A stretch of DNA of 64,000 nt from the human T2T-CHM13v2.0 reference genome, Homo sapiens (GCF_009914755.1 NC_060927.1), one strand, 5' to 3'. Positions 1 through 63,016 are shown, counted from the stretch's first letter. The notes: a model not told the origin generated them from the sequence alone. Program-made: numbers and translations.

Positions 1-29
1 AGGAAAGAAGAGCAAGGAAGGAAGGAAGG

Positions 30-3283
<3,254 letters not shown>

Positions 3284-3898
3284 CCTATGAAAACTTTTAA
3301 AGTGAGAAATTTAAGAGACATTTCAATCAATTACAATATATAAACATTATTTTGAGCCTGAATAAAACAATAAACATTTATAAGAAAAAGATACTGATGG
3401 GAAAATTGGGGAAATTTGAGCAGAGTAGTTAATGATATTTAAAACTATGTTAATTTTCAGTGGAATAATGACAGGATTATTTGTGCTAAATGATCATTTT
3501 CTTCTAGAGATAAATGCTACAATATTTACAGATGAAATGATAAGATGTCTAGGATTTGCCTCAAAATAATCCAAAGGGAGAGAGGAAAGTGTAGGGGCAG
3601 GTACTGATGAAACAAGATTGAATTGATCATTGTTCCACATGGTGATGGATACATGTGTATCCATGTGTGCTTTTGTACATGTTTAGACTTTTTCTTTATA
3701 GTAATAGAAAGTTTTTTAAATTGTTTGTTTCTTTCTCTTTGCCTCCTTTCTGTTACAAATCCTAATTTCTTTGGCACATTCATGCCTCAGGTCAACCAGA
3801 GATAACATCACGTATTTGAAAAGGTAAAAGGTAGGGGGGCACATTAGTGACTCTCAAGACATCACCTACAGTAAACTGGTATTGTTGACAGAAAGTTC

Positions 3899-4260
<362 letters not shown>

Positions 4261-4371
4261 CTAGGGAACCAATCCTATGGGGTTGGCAAATACACAAATA
4301 TATCACGTGATCTGTAAATGAAACAAACAGTATCATAAACACACACATACATAGCTATTTTTTTAAATAGT

Positions 4372-5660
<1,289 letters not shown>

Positions 5661-5979
5661 GAATCCTTATGTTTTAAGGGTATTGCTTGTAAACAATATA
5701 TTGCTGAATTTTATTCCTTGGCCCAGACTTTATGTGAATAATAAAAAAGATCTTAGAATGTTTTTAACTCTAGTCACTTCCTGTCTGACTTAACATGTAT
5801 AAGTAGTTTAGCATTTTCTTTTTTTAGCCGTCCAACTTAGACATTAATATTATTTTATATCATCAATGTTTGTTTATATTTACTCACATGCTTAGCATTT
5901 TATTTACTAGAACTTTCACCTTGCATCTCAGACCTTTGTTCTGGAATTTTTCTCCTTCGGCTTGAGGTACATCTTTGAA

Positions 5980-8620
<2,641 letters not shown>

Positions 8621-8787
8621 GTGTAACCAGGTAAAATTTGTTTCCACAGGGCTCTTCTAGGCTCCATGAACATCATGGATGTGGCTGGCTCCCACTTCAC
8701 AATCCTGGAATGCTCTGTATCAACAGGGATCTGAAGAGTCTAACAATTGTTGGAGAGGTTGGAGCGCAGCACAGCAATTACCTCTAG

Positions 8788-12125
<3,338 letters not shown>

Positions 12126-12139
12126 ACCAGAACTGGCAG

Positions 12140-12930
12140 TTGACCAAATATATGAAAAAATGTTCAACCTCACTGAAATAGAGAAATGCAAATTAAAACT
12201 ACACTTATTTTCCTTTACAGATTGGCAGAAACTCCAAACTATTGACAAAATACTCTGTTGGTGAGGCTATGGGGAAACAGGCGCTCTCATACATTGCTGG
12301 TGTAAGTGCAAAATGACACATTGTCCAGGGAGAGCAATTAAGCAGTATCTCCATGAATTCCACCAGTGCCTCATCAGGCTTGCCAGTGAGTTCAACAATG
12401 TACCTTCTGCCATGGGAATTGCATCCAATTTGAACCAGTTACTCTAATTCAATAATAAATTCTAAGAAATAAACGCAAATTTATAAAGACTATATGTAGA
12501 AAGATGTTTATTGCAGCATTATTTGTAATCGTAGAAACTGCAAAAAAAATCTGCAATGTTTCTCAAGAGAGAAATGGTTCGATAAACAATGGTATACTCG
12601 TGCTATGGAATATTATGGAATCATTGAAAATGGCTATGTTTGTCTACTTTCCCACATATGTTAAATAAAAATCAAGTTGCAGACAAAATGCATAATCATC
12701 AAAATAGCTAATACATTACCTTCACAATGTGTCAATGCCTGTTCTAAGGGCTTTTCATATATTATTTCATTTAATTCTCACAATAACTTTATGGGATAAG
12801 TATTATTATTATCCCATTTCAAAGATGAAGAAGTCCAGGCATAAAGAGGCTGAGTAGCCCAAAGCTATCCAACTAGGGCCTGGAACCGAAGCCAGGCAGT
12901 CTGGCTCTGGCATACCAGCATATAACCATA
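12140..12930. mobile_element. Degenerate L1ME fragment followed by a MIR (about 12720-12930)
   Basis: ttggtgaggctatggggaaacaggcgctctcatacattgctgg; tcatttaattctcacaataac...cccatttcaaagatgaagaa. Confidence 0.6.
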
Positions 12931-13447
12931 ATTATCTAAACATAATTCTGTGTTTGAATACATGTGGATATACATATATTATGTTTGAATATATATGTAT
13001 GGGTGTGTGTGTGTGTGTATGTAGGCATACACTCTAGCTCTAGTTCTAGACATATAAATTTAGGGAAGAAATGAATACCCATCAAATTATTAAGAATGGT
13101 TATGACTCTACAAATTGGATAGGATGAAAGAAGTAGGGAAAGGAATTTTTACTTCTTTATGTAGTGTGTGTGAGAGATTATGTATATGTGGTTTCCAATA
13201 TATTTCAAGTAAGTTTTTAAACAACAACAACAAAAAACAGTTTGAGAGAGTCTTCCTGAAACTCGTCTATTAAAATCATATCCATATAGCTACCAGTCTA
13301 CAGAATTTTAAGACCTGGATTTACCATAAGCACAAATGCCTTTCGGCAGCGGATTCACCACTTCCCAACTTCCCAAGGTTGCGGGAATCATTTAAAATAA
13401 ATTCTGCAATCGGACCTACTTTCCATACCCAAACACCCCCCCAAGAG

Positions 13448-13449
13448 TG

Positions 13450-13484
<35 letters not shown>
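13448..13484. repeat. (GT)n microsatellite
   Basis: About 18 GT units with one interruption. Confidence 0.95.
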
Positions 13485-14519
13485 CCTATTTAATTCCTTC
13501 TCCCCTCCCCCATTTCTACCTCTGGATTTGTAGGGCAGTTGAACATTCCTTTTCTACAACGTGCATTCATTTAATGGAAAACTTTTACTTAGTTGGCTTC
13601 AGCCTTTCCTTTTCTAGGATAAATCAAATGGTTTTCGTTCCGCACCCTAACGAGGCAAGAAATGACAAACTCCTCGGTCCCCCTAGGCGGGCGCCGGAGC
13701 ACGACGGGTCAAGTCGGAATCGCCACGTGGAAACAGCTCTCAGCATCGCGAACTCCAAATCCCGACGTGCAACGCGGGGCGGGATGGGAACAGTTTGCAG
13801 GAACTGCAGAAGCCTGTGGCGTGGAACCTGGACAGGTCCCGTGCAGAAAGGGCGCTATGCCTTACAGAAAAGTTCCTTGCCTCCCAAATGACGCCCAGCC
13901 TTCCTGCCCCGTTCCACCGCTTTCCCACGGCCCCGCCCCTCTACAGAGTTGGTTTATTCCCCGCAGCCACCGCTTCTTTCCCCAAAGAGAAAAAGGTGCT
14001 GCTGCGCCTTTTCAAGCCTTGGACCTTTACGCCCGCACTTTCCTCTGCCCAGAAAGCTTACTGCTTAACTCCAGTACAACTTACTGGTGCGCCTGGATCC
14101 ACCCCCGTCTCCACTCTGCTTAAGACACAGGAGGCTGATAGGCTGGAAGAATGAATAGATGACATAAAATAGTCATTGTTATCCCCACATAACTTGGCAG
14201 CAAGATTGTGGAACTCTGCAGTCAGACAGATCGGGTTCCAATACCAGTTCTTCCACTTACTAGCTGGGTAAACTTCCTTCATCCTTCTGAGAGTTCAAGA
14301 AACGTTTGCTGAACGAATGAATAAGATGTTTTGCAGAGATAATGCTTGTATCGTGCCTGGCCCAAAATCAGCGCTCAATGGAATTACTGGTCTCCCTACT
14401 ATATGCCTGCCACCTTCTCTATTTATGCAGGTTCTGAGTTCCTCGCAGCGGGGGAACATCTGGCTCGGTTCTATCTCCCCAAGGCGCTGGGTTCCCAGAA
14501 GTTTCTAGAATGAATACGG

Positions 14520-24493
<9,974 letters not shown>

Positions 24494-24840
24494 AGTCACA
24501 CTGCCTGCTCCTTTGGGTGTGATTGAGTGCCCTCCTGGCTCCTGGGCTGGGACAAGTGAGGAACTAGCTGCAGAGGGATGAGTGACCACCATCCAGGCTG
24601 AGACTGAAAGGAGCAGAGGCTGGAACTACAGTATTCTTTCCCCTGCTAGCAACCATGTGCCTCCCATCCTGACTGTGGAGTTGGGATGTGGAAGTGGGGC
24701 TGGAACAAAGCTTCTGCCTAGGGAGGAGCTAAGCAGGCCCGGCAGTTGGAGGAAGGCCAGAGGAACAGCTTTGTGCTCCGGCTTTCCCTCAGGGAACAGC
24801 AGAGAGCAGTTGGCTCTTTCTGCTGCTTGTATATGTTAAT

Positions 24841-24846
24841 ATTAAA
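24841..24846 (+). terminator. EIF2B5 polyadenylation signal (ATTAAA)
   Basis: ATTAAA about 350 nt after the stop codon, followed by GT/T-rich sequence (gtggtgtatttggtttgt). Confidence 0.75.
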
Positions 24847-25706
24847 AGAGAGTGGTGTATTTGGTTTGTCTCCATCCCTGACTAATCAGCCAGTGAAGTA
24901 TGTGACCAGAATCACATGATAGCCTTTCCTTAACACCTGGGGGAGAGGGAGGACGGGTATGCCAGCCACTAGGTGGTACTGTGGTACCTTGCTAATTAAC
25001 CTTTCCCATGGCTCATGGGTAGTGGAGGGCGGAGGTTCTTTTCCAGCCTCTGTGGACCAACTTGTGATCCTGGGGTGGTGTGCCTAAGCCCGTTTCCATA
25101 GAGTCCCATTTTGAACACTTTTCTGCCAGAGGATTATGTTGCCAACCATATGTAAAGCCCAGTTCCTTTCACATGCCTTTTCCAGTTGATCTGGTACTCG
25201 TTCTGTCAGGAAGCTGGGCCACGCTTCATCAGAAATAAGGAAATCAGCTCAAGGTCACATGACTCTTGAGGGGTAAAGCTAAGGACTTGACCCTCAGAAT
25301 CCAGAACTCTGTCCTTCAGCGTATTGTGTTTCAGTGAAGGGAAAATTGGCCCCACAGACAAATATAACCCAGAGCCAGTAATGGAGGTCCCAAGAACACA
25401 GGAAGGCCATGTGAAGGGTGCTTTCCCTTGAGAGTGTTTACTATGTGACAGGCAAGCAGTTTTCACATATTGTTTCATTTAATCCTCACATGAGCCCCAT
25501 GAAGTCTTATCCCCATTTTCAGATAAGGTGCCTGAAGCTCACAGAGCTTCCCTAGCTAGTAACTGACAGAGCCAGGTGTGATATTGGACTCTTGACCTGG
25601 AGCTTGTTACTTTGCTGTATTGCTTTAACCTTAACCAAAAGAGACATGCCTTTCTGTCTTTTCTTTTTGAGTTCCTTGTCTTCATATAGAGTGAGTCAAC
25701 AATTCT

Positions 25707-27595
<1,889 letters not shown>

Positions 27596-28772
27596 TCAAC
27601 AGTCACTTAACAGAGTAGAATGAGTTGGGTTCTACCTGCTGAGGGAGTTAATGGCAAGAAGTAAGCCAATGTGCCCTTCTGAACCCATAAAAGGTTCAGC
27701 ACCTCAGAGGAGGGTATGGACTGACGCTGAGAACTAGGGGTGGGGTGGAAGGAGATTACACGATGATCTGTATAAGAAAAAGCCCCACCAAGTCCCAACC
27801 TCATCTGATCCAGCCAAGTGATTACCCCTACTCCCTTGCATAAAATGGGAGATTCCGTCTCTGGAGAAATGGTAGGGAGGAAGTTAGCAAAGATAGACTT
27901 AAGGTTTCCTAAGCCCAAAGGTCACAAGTTTCCAGACCAACTGTCCATGAGTGCCCAGCATAATGAATGAAAAAGCCCATGAAATTTCAGAATGTCCAGG
28001 GGAACTTAAACTATCAGAGCCTCTGCATTCAGCAGCAGGCATAGTGGGGATAGAGGTGAGGTATTAGATTGAAAATGAAGAATTAAGTGAAAATATATGA
28101 GCGGTGAGACTCAACATCAGCACACACTGACAGAACCTCCAGTATGAAAAGAAACAACTGCAGGGAAAAAAATGCCTATGCATACTGACACTGACATTTT
28201 TGGTTTCTTCAACAACAAAATGTCAGCTTTCCCCCCACATGATCACCCTACAGTGAAGCCTATTCATTAATAATAAAGCTTGTAAATAGACTGAGCTTCC
28301 AATCCACTTTTTGGTATCTCACTGTTAAATATGAATAGACAGCAAAGGACCATTAAACATCTGAGTAACCTTCCAATATGAAAGACCAAAACAAACAAAT
28401 AGAAAATTGAAACCAAGGAAACAATAACAAAGTAGGGAGCTTTCTGAAAACTTCATGGGGAAAAAGCTACAATAACTATTCTCAAAACTCAAAGAAAAGA
28501 TATTGTGTCTATGAAGTACTTTAAAAAGGAAGAATTGGAGAAGAAAGAGTTCTTAGAAATTAAAAATAAGTAAACTAATTCCTTCTCTTGAGAATTGGAG
28601 GATTCGAGGACCAAATAGCAGGGTAACGTTTCACTGTATTTCCATTCTTACATACTTCTTGAATCTTGAATCATGAATATATTATCTATCCAAAAAAAAA
28701 AAAAGTAGTAAAGGATCAATCCATAAGGCCCAAAATCATCTACTGGGCTGCGGAAACAGAATAGGAAAAATC

Positions 28773-34388
<5,616 letters not shown>

Positions 34389-35160
34389 CCCACTTATTCC
34401 GCATTCAACCCATTTATTAAACCACTACCTTGCAACTGGACGCTAAGGTTATAGGGAGGAATCAGAACTGGATGCTGTCCTTCTCTCGAGATCAGTTTAG
34501 TAGACTCAGTGACAGCAGTTGTGCTTCTCAAGAAACACTGAAGGGCCATGTTGAGGTCATTCTCCTCCAGGGATCCAGAGTCAGACCCACCCTCTTTCCC
34601 CAGACCATTTCTGGGGACCAAAGCAATCCCTGCATTCCACTCTTCCTGGACTGCAGAGGAGTCGCCGATCCCACTTGGGTCCGGAGTCAGGGCCTTCAGG
34701 GGTCCGGGAACGCCGCCATCCCGGTGAATCTCCCCTTCCGTTTCTAGGGACCCGGGACCGGAGCGCCGCGGCCCGGCCAGTGGGCGGGAAACCCTGCCAT
34801 CTGCCGCGACGCCGGCGCCTCTCCGCGGCGGCCGGGGGCGGGGCGCGCCGGGGCGGGGCCGCGCCGGGCCGGAGGAGGGGAGCGGGCCCGGACGAAGCCC
34901 TGGGCCGGGAGGGCCGCGGCCACCGGAAGAGTCGCGGTCGCCAGTCCAGTCGGGAGAGTGGGGAGCGGAAGCGGCGGCCGCGGCGGCGGCGGGCGGCGCT
35001 GGGACCCGGTAGCGGCCGGAGAACAAGGGAGCTGGCGCCGCCAGCAGCCGCCGAGCTGGGTTGAGCCGCTGGGCCGCGCCGCGCGCCGCCGCCGTCTGGG
35101 AGGCTCGGCCCGGCCGCCCGAGCAGGCCGCGCGCGGGCCGCCGGGCCCGAGGCCAGAGCC

Positions 35161-49697
<14,537 letters not shown>

Positions 49698-49798
49698 GCA
49701 GGGCCCCTCCCCCAGCTCCATTCCGCTCCCACCCCAGCCGGCTGCGTTCCTCTCTCCATCCGTCCGTCTTTTTTACTTTGTCTGGTACCTGAAAGGGA

Positions 49799-49804
49799 AA
49801 TAAA
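49799..49804 (+). terminator. Candidate proximal DVL3 polyadenylation signal
   Basis: AATAAA about 100 nt after the stop codon; downstream GU/U element is weak. Confidence 0.4.
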
Positions 49805-51393
49805 AGGAACTAAATCCAGGTGCGCTAACTGCTCGCAGGGTGCTGCGAGGGTGGGGTGCACCTACCGATTGGCTCTGCAGCCCCCTAACCTGCCTCTGGC
49901 CCCAGTTCGTTTCCTCTGCCCACTAATCCCTGCGCAGGACTTCCCAGGACCCCTTTTGTCTCTGGGACCAGACTTGTTGGTGCTACCCCTTACTCCCCTC
50001 TGCAACCCCCATTTTGGGAGTTGACCCCAGCAATGACCTTGGTGGCACGCTCACTCCCTCATTCTCTCGTTTCCCCTTTAGCTCCCTTTCACCATTTATT
50101 CAGCTACATCATCCCTCTATTAACCCCACCCCATCAGGCACGTGTGCAAACCTCTTGACTTTACCCCACATTACTGAAACCAAAATATATTTGCTTCATC
50201 TGCCCCTACTAACCATCCCCCTGCCTGCTGCCTCAGTCCTGCAACCTAAAGCTGTAGTCGCCTCCAATAGCCATCCATGCCATCCCTGCCTGTGCCTAGA
50301 TCAGAGGCCCAGAGGGCCCCCTCAGTTGCCTGAGCAGCTGGTGGCTTCCAGGGAGCATCTCTGCTCTACCCCTGCCCCATGCCTGCCCTGCGTGCTGGTT
50401 CCTTCAGACCCCTAACCCTACTAACCAGCAGGCTCATCTCACCTCCAGGCCTGAAACATTTCTTTTCTTTCTTTTTTCCTCCCCCAATTTTCCCTGGGCC
50501 TGGAGCAGCCAAGAATTTCGGGCTGTTTGACTTTCTGTGAGCCCCCAGCGAGGGGAGGCCCAGCCTCCGAGGAGACCAGGAACCCTGCTTCAGCAGCCCC
50601 TCAGGGCTTCCCAAGGATGTCCAGCCCCCACACCCACACGTTAACATAATGAGTCACTAGGCTTCTGGGGAGGGCCCAACTTCACCCATGCATGAGAGAC
50701 TCTCCTCCTTTCCAGAGAGAATCGGATCGCACCACGTGTGGCAGCCTGCGGCGGGGGGAGGGGGGCCTCTTTAGCTCTCTTTATCTTTCTCTCTCACTCA
50801 TGTATGCATACATGCACAGAGATGCATACACAGGTGCCTATGCAAGTTCATTTAAGCCTCAGGGCTGGTCCCTGCCCAAAGGGCTGGACCCTCCTAATCC
50901 TCTCCTAGGTTGTGGGGCTGGTCCCCTGACACCCTTCTCCCCTTCCTGGTAGACCTTAAACCTCGCACACATGTCCCCAGCATTTTCTCACCTGGATAAA
51001 GCCCATAAGCTGGGTCTCAGGCTGGGCTCAGCAAAGGACTCGCCTTGCAACCGACAGGCCATTCCCACCCCCACACACAACCTCCCCTGTTTTCACATTC
51101 ACCATGGCATCCCAGAGCAAGGACACAGGAGCCCACAGGCCAGTTGAGGTTGGGCAAGGAGACTTCCAGGACTTCCAGACAGAGTACCAGGTTTTATTTT
51201 TCACCTTATTCTCTACTTTAAACAAATCATAACTTTCTCTTTAAGCCTCTACTATAAATTCTCCTGGCTCTCCTGGGCTTCCATATTTTGGGGGCTGGGG
51301 TGTCAAAAGTGAGATGAAGTTCTTAGCTCCAGGTTTTGGGGTAAACCAAGGTAGGAACATTTTGGCATTTATTTCAATTAACAATACTTCCTT

Positions 51394-52575
51394 GGACGGG
51401 TGCGGTGGCTCACGTCTGTAATCCCAGCACTTTGGGAGGCTGAGACAGGTGGATCACTTGAGGTCGGGAGTTCGAGACCAGCCTGGCCAACATAGCAAAA
51501 CCCTGTCTCTACTAAAAATACAAAAATTAGATGGGTGTTTTGGCACCTGCCTGTAATCTCAGCTACTCAGGAGGCTGAGGCACAAGAATCGCTTGAATCC
51601 AGGAAGCAAGCGGAGGTTGCAGTGAGTTGAGATCGCACTCCAGCCTGGGTGACAGAGTGAGATTCTGTCTCAAAAGCAAACTAACAAAGAAAAACAATAC
51701 TTCCTGGGGTTTTGGTGTGCAGAGGGCTTTGTTGGAAGTGTGACTCAATCTTGCCTGCCTTCTGGGAGCTCTAGAATTGTTCCCAACCCAGTCCATGGCT
51801 TCTAGCCACCACTACAGGGCTGTTTCATGTACTTCTCTCTCTGACTCTGTCTTGTCCGACTCTCTTGAGAATTTCTCAACGATTGCTCATGCCTGTCAGT
51901 ATCAGTGCTTCCATCGTTCCATCTTTGATTCACTTCTCTTTCCTTTCTATTTACTCCCAAAATGGAGTCATTCATCCTGATGTCCTCAATTGCTGCTGAT
52001 ATGCTGGTGATTCCCAAATACGTAGCTCCAACCCCCAACTTCCCCCAGACTTTAGATCTGTATTGGTATTACCTACTGGACATCTCTATGGACAGTTCCG
52101 TATAGACTCAACTCATCTGCCCAACCAAGTATGTTCCTCCTGAATTCCTCTCCTGGTTACTTCATCACAATCTACATAGGCTCACCAGCTAGAAACATTT
52201 ATGAGCTTACATTCCTTCTTCCCATATCTTATCAGCATATCATATCCATTTCACTCCAACACTCTGTCTTGAATTTGGCCCTCCCTCTCCCCTCTCTACT
52301 TTAATTCATTGGAGCATGGGATTTGGAGTTAGGTGGTTTTGGGTTTGAATTCCAGCTCTACTATTTTTGGTTGTGTGATAGAGTTATTTAACCTCTCTGA
52401 GCCTCAGTTCCCTCGTATGTAAAATGATGATAATAATACCTACCTCACAGGGTTGTTGTGAGGATTTAAATTAGATATTGTACGAAAAGTGCCTAGCACA
52501 GTGCCTGGCACACAGTAGAGTAGGTGCTCAATAAATGGTAGCTATTATTATTATTATTTTATCATTATTATTATT
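51394..52575. mobile_element. Alu (51394-51680 +), L2-like (about 51900-52270) and MIR (about 52310-52545) downstream of the DVL3 stop
   Basis: Alu consensus; ttatttaacctctctgagcctcagttccctc...cacagggttgttgtgaggatt is a MIR core. Confidence 0.75.
52530..52535 (+). terminator. Candidate distal DVL3 polyadenylation signal in a MIR/L2-type tail
   Basis: AATAAA in ...gtgcctggcacacagtagagtaggtgctcAATAAAtgg, followed by a U-rich (TTA)n tract. Confidence 0.5.
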
Positions 52576-53494
52576 TACTCTAAATTGGTAGCAGTTTAGG
52601 GTATTTTTGGAAGATAAAGCTTTTGCAAAGGTAGAAGTGAAGCCTTGAGTGCTGGTTCAAAAATTAGAAGTGCCTGTATTCAGTCACTTAATGACTTCAG
52701 GCCGTGACTATGATGTGAGAGAGGTCAGATCTTCATCCTGCCACATCGTGGCTTCTGGCTGGAGGCTGGGAAGGACTGTAACATTTGCAACCAGATCTGT
52801 CCTTTCTTGCCCTTCCTTCCTCCCATGACAGGCGTAGTCCTGCCCAAGGAAGGCAGCAGTTTATCTCTGCCTACAGAAAGAGAAGAGCCAACAGATTTTC
52901 TTAAGACTCTGCAAGAACCAAGCAGGCCTTTCATGTGTGAGGGTTGGGTCTGTCTCCTCAGCTTGGATGTAAAGATTCTGTTTATCAAAGAGGGGATTTC
53001 AAATCCCATGTCAAACTAAATTCAACTCTTCGAACGTCTTCTAAGCAACATATATGCCTGTCACTAGAAGGCATACACAGTCGCATAGGTATAGCTAAGG
53101 AGAACATCGGCTCGTTCATGAAAAGCTGTAGCTGACCTCCGGGAAGAGTGTACAGTCATGGACTTATTTGTGAAAAGGTTTAGTTTCTTCCAAGTAGTCG
53201 CCTCCTTCCTCCCCGCTCCTCTCCTTGGGTCTTGATCCCTTGGAAAAAGCTCATGTCCGGAACAAATATATGAGAAAAGCTTGAGAGAATCAGAGGTAGT
53301 GTTAGAAAGCAGTAAATTCAGCACAAACACTTCTACTGCCCAGTTGTATTTATTTGTGTGTAAAGTGAGGACAGCCAGTCCTGGGACTCTGGAGACAGAA
53401 AAGGCCTACAGCAATCCAAGGCTTAACAGATGTGCTTCCACAAATGACATTAATATCCCAAAGCTCTCCAGAACACAAATAGGAACAGGAGGAA

Positions 53495-54330
53495 GTGCAG
53501 GGACTACAATTCCCAGAGCGCTCAGTGAAAAAAAAAAAAAAAAAAAAAAAAAAAATGAGGCGGGTGGAGCGGTGTATGCTGGAATGTGTATTTCTGGTAG
53601 GGCCGACTAAGGCCACGCCTACCCCTTCCTGAGGCGGGGGCGGTTTCTCGAAGGCAGTCGGTAGTTGTAGTTTTGCTAAACCTAGAGCGCTTCAAATTGC
53701 AAGCAAGGAGGCCGCGAGGCCTGACGGGATTTGTAGTCGGCGCTAGACGCCGGCGCGCACGCGCAGCCGGGGCCGGGGCGGGGCGGCGGCACTGCGGTGA
53801 AAGCCGAGGCAGCGGGCAGACGAGCAGGGGGCGGGCGGACATCTTGGGATCCGGAGAGTGGCCGGGCCGGCAGAGCAGGGGGCCGAGGACACCAGGTGAG
53901 CCGGGGATCTGGCCTTATGGCGTGGAGGAGGACGCTGCGGGTCGTCTGCCTCGCCGCGCAGCTTTGTCCTGCCCTGCACTGAGCTGGCGGAAAGCTGCCC
54001 ACACCCGGGAGTGGCTTCAGCCTTCGGACCCGGGAGCTAGCTGACGGTGGGGCGGGGGCGCCCGGGGCGCGATTGCAGGGCTGGCGGGGAGCGGTGCCCT
54101 CCACCTGACCCGCCTGGCGCCTCCCATGAGAGGGATACCGCTTGGAATCCTCCCAGAGCAGGAACGCTGCGCAGCGCCCCCTCCCTAGGATCGTGCCAAC
54201 CCCCTACCCCTCCGCGCAAGGACAATTTCCCCGTCTCGTAGGACAGTGACACCCCTTTGTGCCGCCGCCTTGCACCGTGACAGGTCTCACGCCATGCGGC
54301 ACCCCCTCCTCTTAGTTCAGTGGCACCCCG
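53495..54330 (+). promoter_or_regulatory. AP2M1 CpG-island promoter and non-coding exon 1 (donor CAG/gtgag at 53895/53896)
   Basis: ZNF143/THAP11-type ACTACAATTCCCAG at 53503-53516 and an inverted copy at about 53722-53738; NRF1-like GCGCACGCGCA at about 53755; GC boxes; strong splice donor. Confidence 0.8.
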
Positions 54331-55902
54331 CGGCTCTTCTTCCTTAGACCTGTGACAGCCCCCGCACCCCCATGGCACCATCTTTTCCCACAATGTCCTC
54401 CCCAAGGCGAAAAGCCTACCACCCTCTCATTACTCTGCACCTGAACCCCAAGCAGGCTCTGTCTCCCCAGCTTTCCCTTATTCACCACTGTCAGTTCCCC
54501 CGGCCGGTTTTTCCTTCTTAAAGCCTTGACCTTTTCCATACTGGAAACCCTTACCTTTACGTTCACTCCACCAGCCCAGTTTGTTGCTGTGGGCTCACCT
54601 GAGGACGCTGCCTGGCTTTCACTGAAGGTCTTTCCCCTTAACTAAATGTTCCATTCTTGCCCAAGGCCCCCCTCTGGTTCTCGGGTGCCCTTCGCTACCT
54701 ACCACTCGATACCTGTGGACTTGGTTCTTTGCCCCAGGCTCTACCTCCATTTTGCATCTCCTCTCCCAGCCTGTTTGGGACTGAGGGATGGGATGAGTCC
54801 ACCACCTTGAGAGACCGCTCACCCCTCTGGAAGACCTTGACAGCCACAGGAAAAGGCTTTATTTTCCAGTTTAGAAAAGTCCTCTAAAGTACTCCCTGTG
54901 AAATTAATACCAGGGCTAATCCAGGAAATCTAAAACCAAATTAATGCCTTTTCTCAAACAGTCTAAATTAATTTGACCCAAATAATTTGGATAATTCAGG
55001 CATCCTGACATCCCTGCTTCTTGCTTATAGGCACCCAGGCCAGAAATGAGTTACTTCATGGGCCTGGAATCACGATTTCAGATGGAAGGATTTCTTAATT
55101 TTATGAGCCTGCGCCACCCCCACCCCCCAGTCCTTATTTTTATTGCATTCCAGAGCTTTTTGAAAGGGGGGTGGTAATCAGAAATAACTGTAATAAGCAG
55201 CTTGGGTGATGGAAGTGTAGTCTGCCAGCCCTAGGACCTTCCTCCTGTGCCCTTTGCCTGCTTATTCCACTGCCTGGAAGAGGTTAAGCCACACTCCCGG
55301 GTCCACATTAGGGCCTAAGGGCTCCCTTCTCTTCTCCTTATACCCTTTCCTGGAATGTTTGAATTCTGTGAATTAGAGTGCCGGAAGTTCAGGCCCTGCG
55401 ACCTTCTCTGAAGGGTAGTGGAGCCCAAGAGACTGGATGCTCTAAAGGTTATGCCTGGGGGCCCCAGGCCTGAACCAACTGGAGTAATGCCTACCGCCAT
55501 TCCTGCAGCCGCAGGCAGGCAGGCAAGCCTTAGTGAGTCACTGGCGGGAGCCCGAGAGTCTGCACAGGAGGGGGCCGAAAAGGATCATTCCTGAGCTCAG
55601 TGCTGGGGAGAGGGGGCGGGGGTTACTGATGCTCAGCCCCAGGAAAGGGAGGGTCAAAATGGCCTTAGAATCCTGGGCCTAATCTCTCTCTGTTTCTTTC
55701 TCCCATCTAGTGTGGAATAAACAGGAACTGGAGCCTGGCTGAGGGGAGGGGCATGTCTGGGAGGGCTGCAGGGTCACTTACTAAAGGGTTGAGTCAGGAA
55801 AGAAGCTCCAGTGACCTGCACAGCTCCACAGGGGATGTTGGCAGCGATTCTGAGGTCTTCTTTTACCCTGCCCCCGCCTGTCCTAGGTCTGTTCTCAGAG
55901 CG

Positions 55903-55920
55903 ATGGGCCGCGGAGACTGA
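55903..55920 (+). other. uORF MGRGD* in the AP2M1 5'UTR (exon 2, acceptor at 55886/55887)
   Basis: ATG GGC CGC GGA GAC TGA, ending 9 nt before the main ATG. Confidence 0.6.
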
Positions 55921-55929
55921 TCTGCCGCC

Positions 55930-62555
<6,626 letters not shown>

Positions 62556-63010
62556 CTGCCACTAGGCAGCTAGCCCACCTCCCCAGCCACCCTCCTCCAC
62601 AGGTCCAGGTGCCGCTCCCTCCCCCACCACACATCAGTGTCTCCTCCCTCCTGCTTTGCTGCCTTCCCTTTGCACCAGCCCGAGTCTAGGTCTGGGCCAA
62701 GCACATTACAAGTGGGACCGGTGGAGCAGCCCCTGGGCTCCCTGGGCAGGGGAGTTCTGAGGCTCCTGCTCTCCCATCCACCTGTCTGTCCTGGCCTAAT
62801 GCCAGGCTCTGAGTTCTGTGACCAAAGCCAGGTGGGTTCCCTTTCCTTCCCACCCCTGTGGCCACAGCTCTGGAGTGGGAGGGTTGGTTGCCCCTCACCT
62901 CAGAGCTCCCCCAAAGGCCAGTAATGGATCCCCGGCCTCAGTCCCTACTCTGCTTTGGGATAGTGTGAGCTTCATTTTGTACACGTGTGACTTCGTCCAG
63001 TTACAAACCC

Positions 63011-63016
63011 AATAAA
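63011..63016 (+). terminator. AP2M1 polyadenylation signal
   Basis: AATAAA about 455 nt after the stop, with upstream TGTA and downstream GT-rich sequence. Confidence 0.85.
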
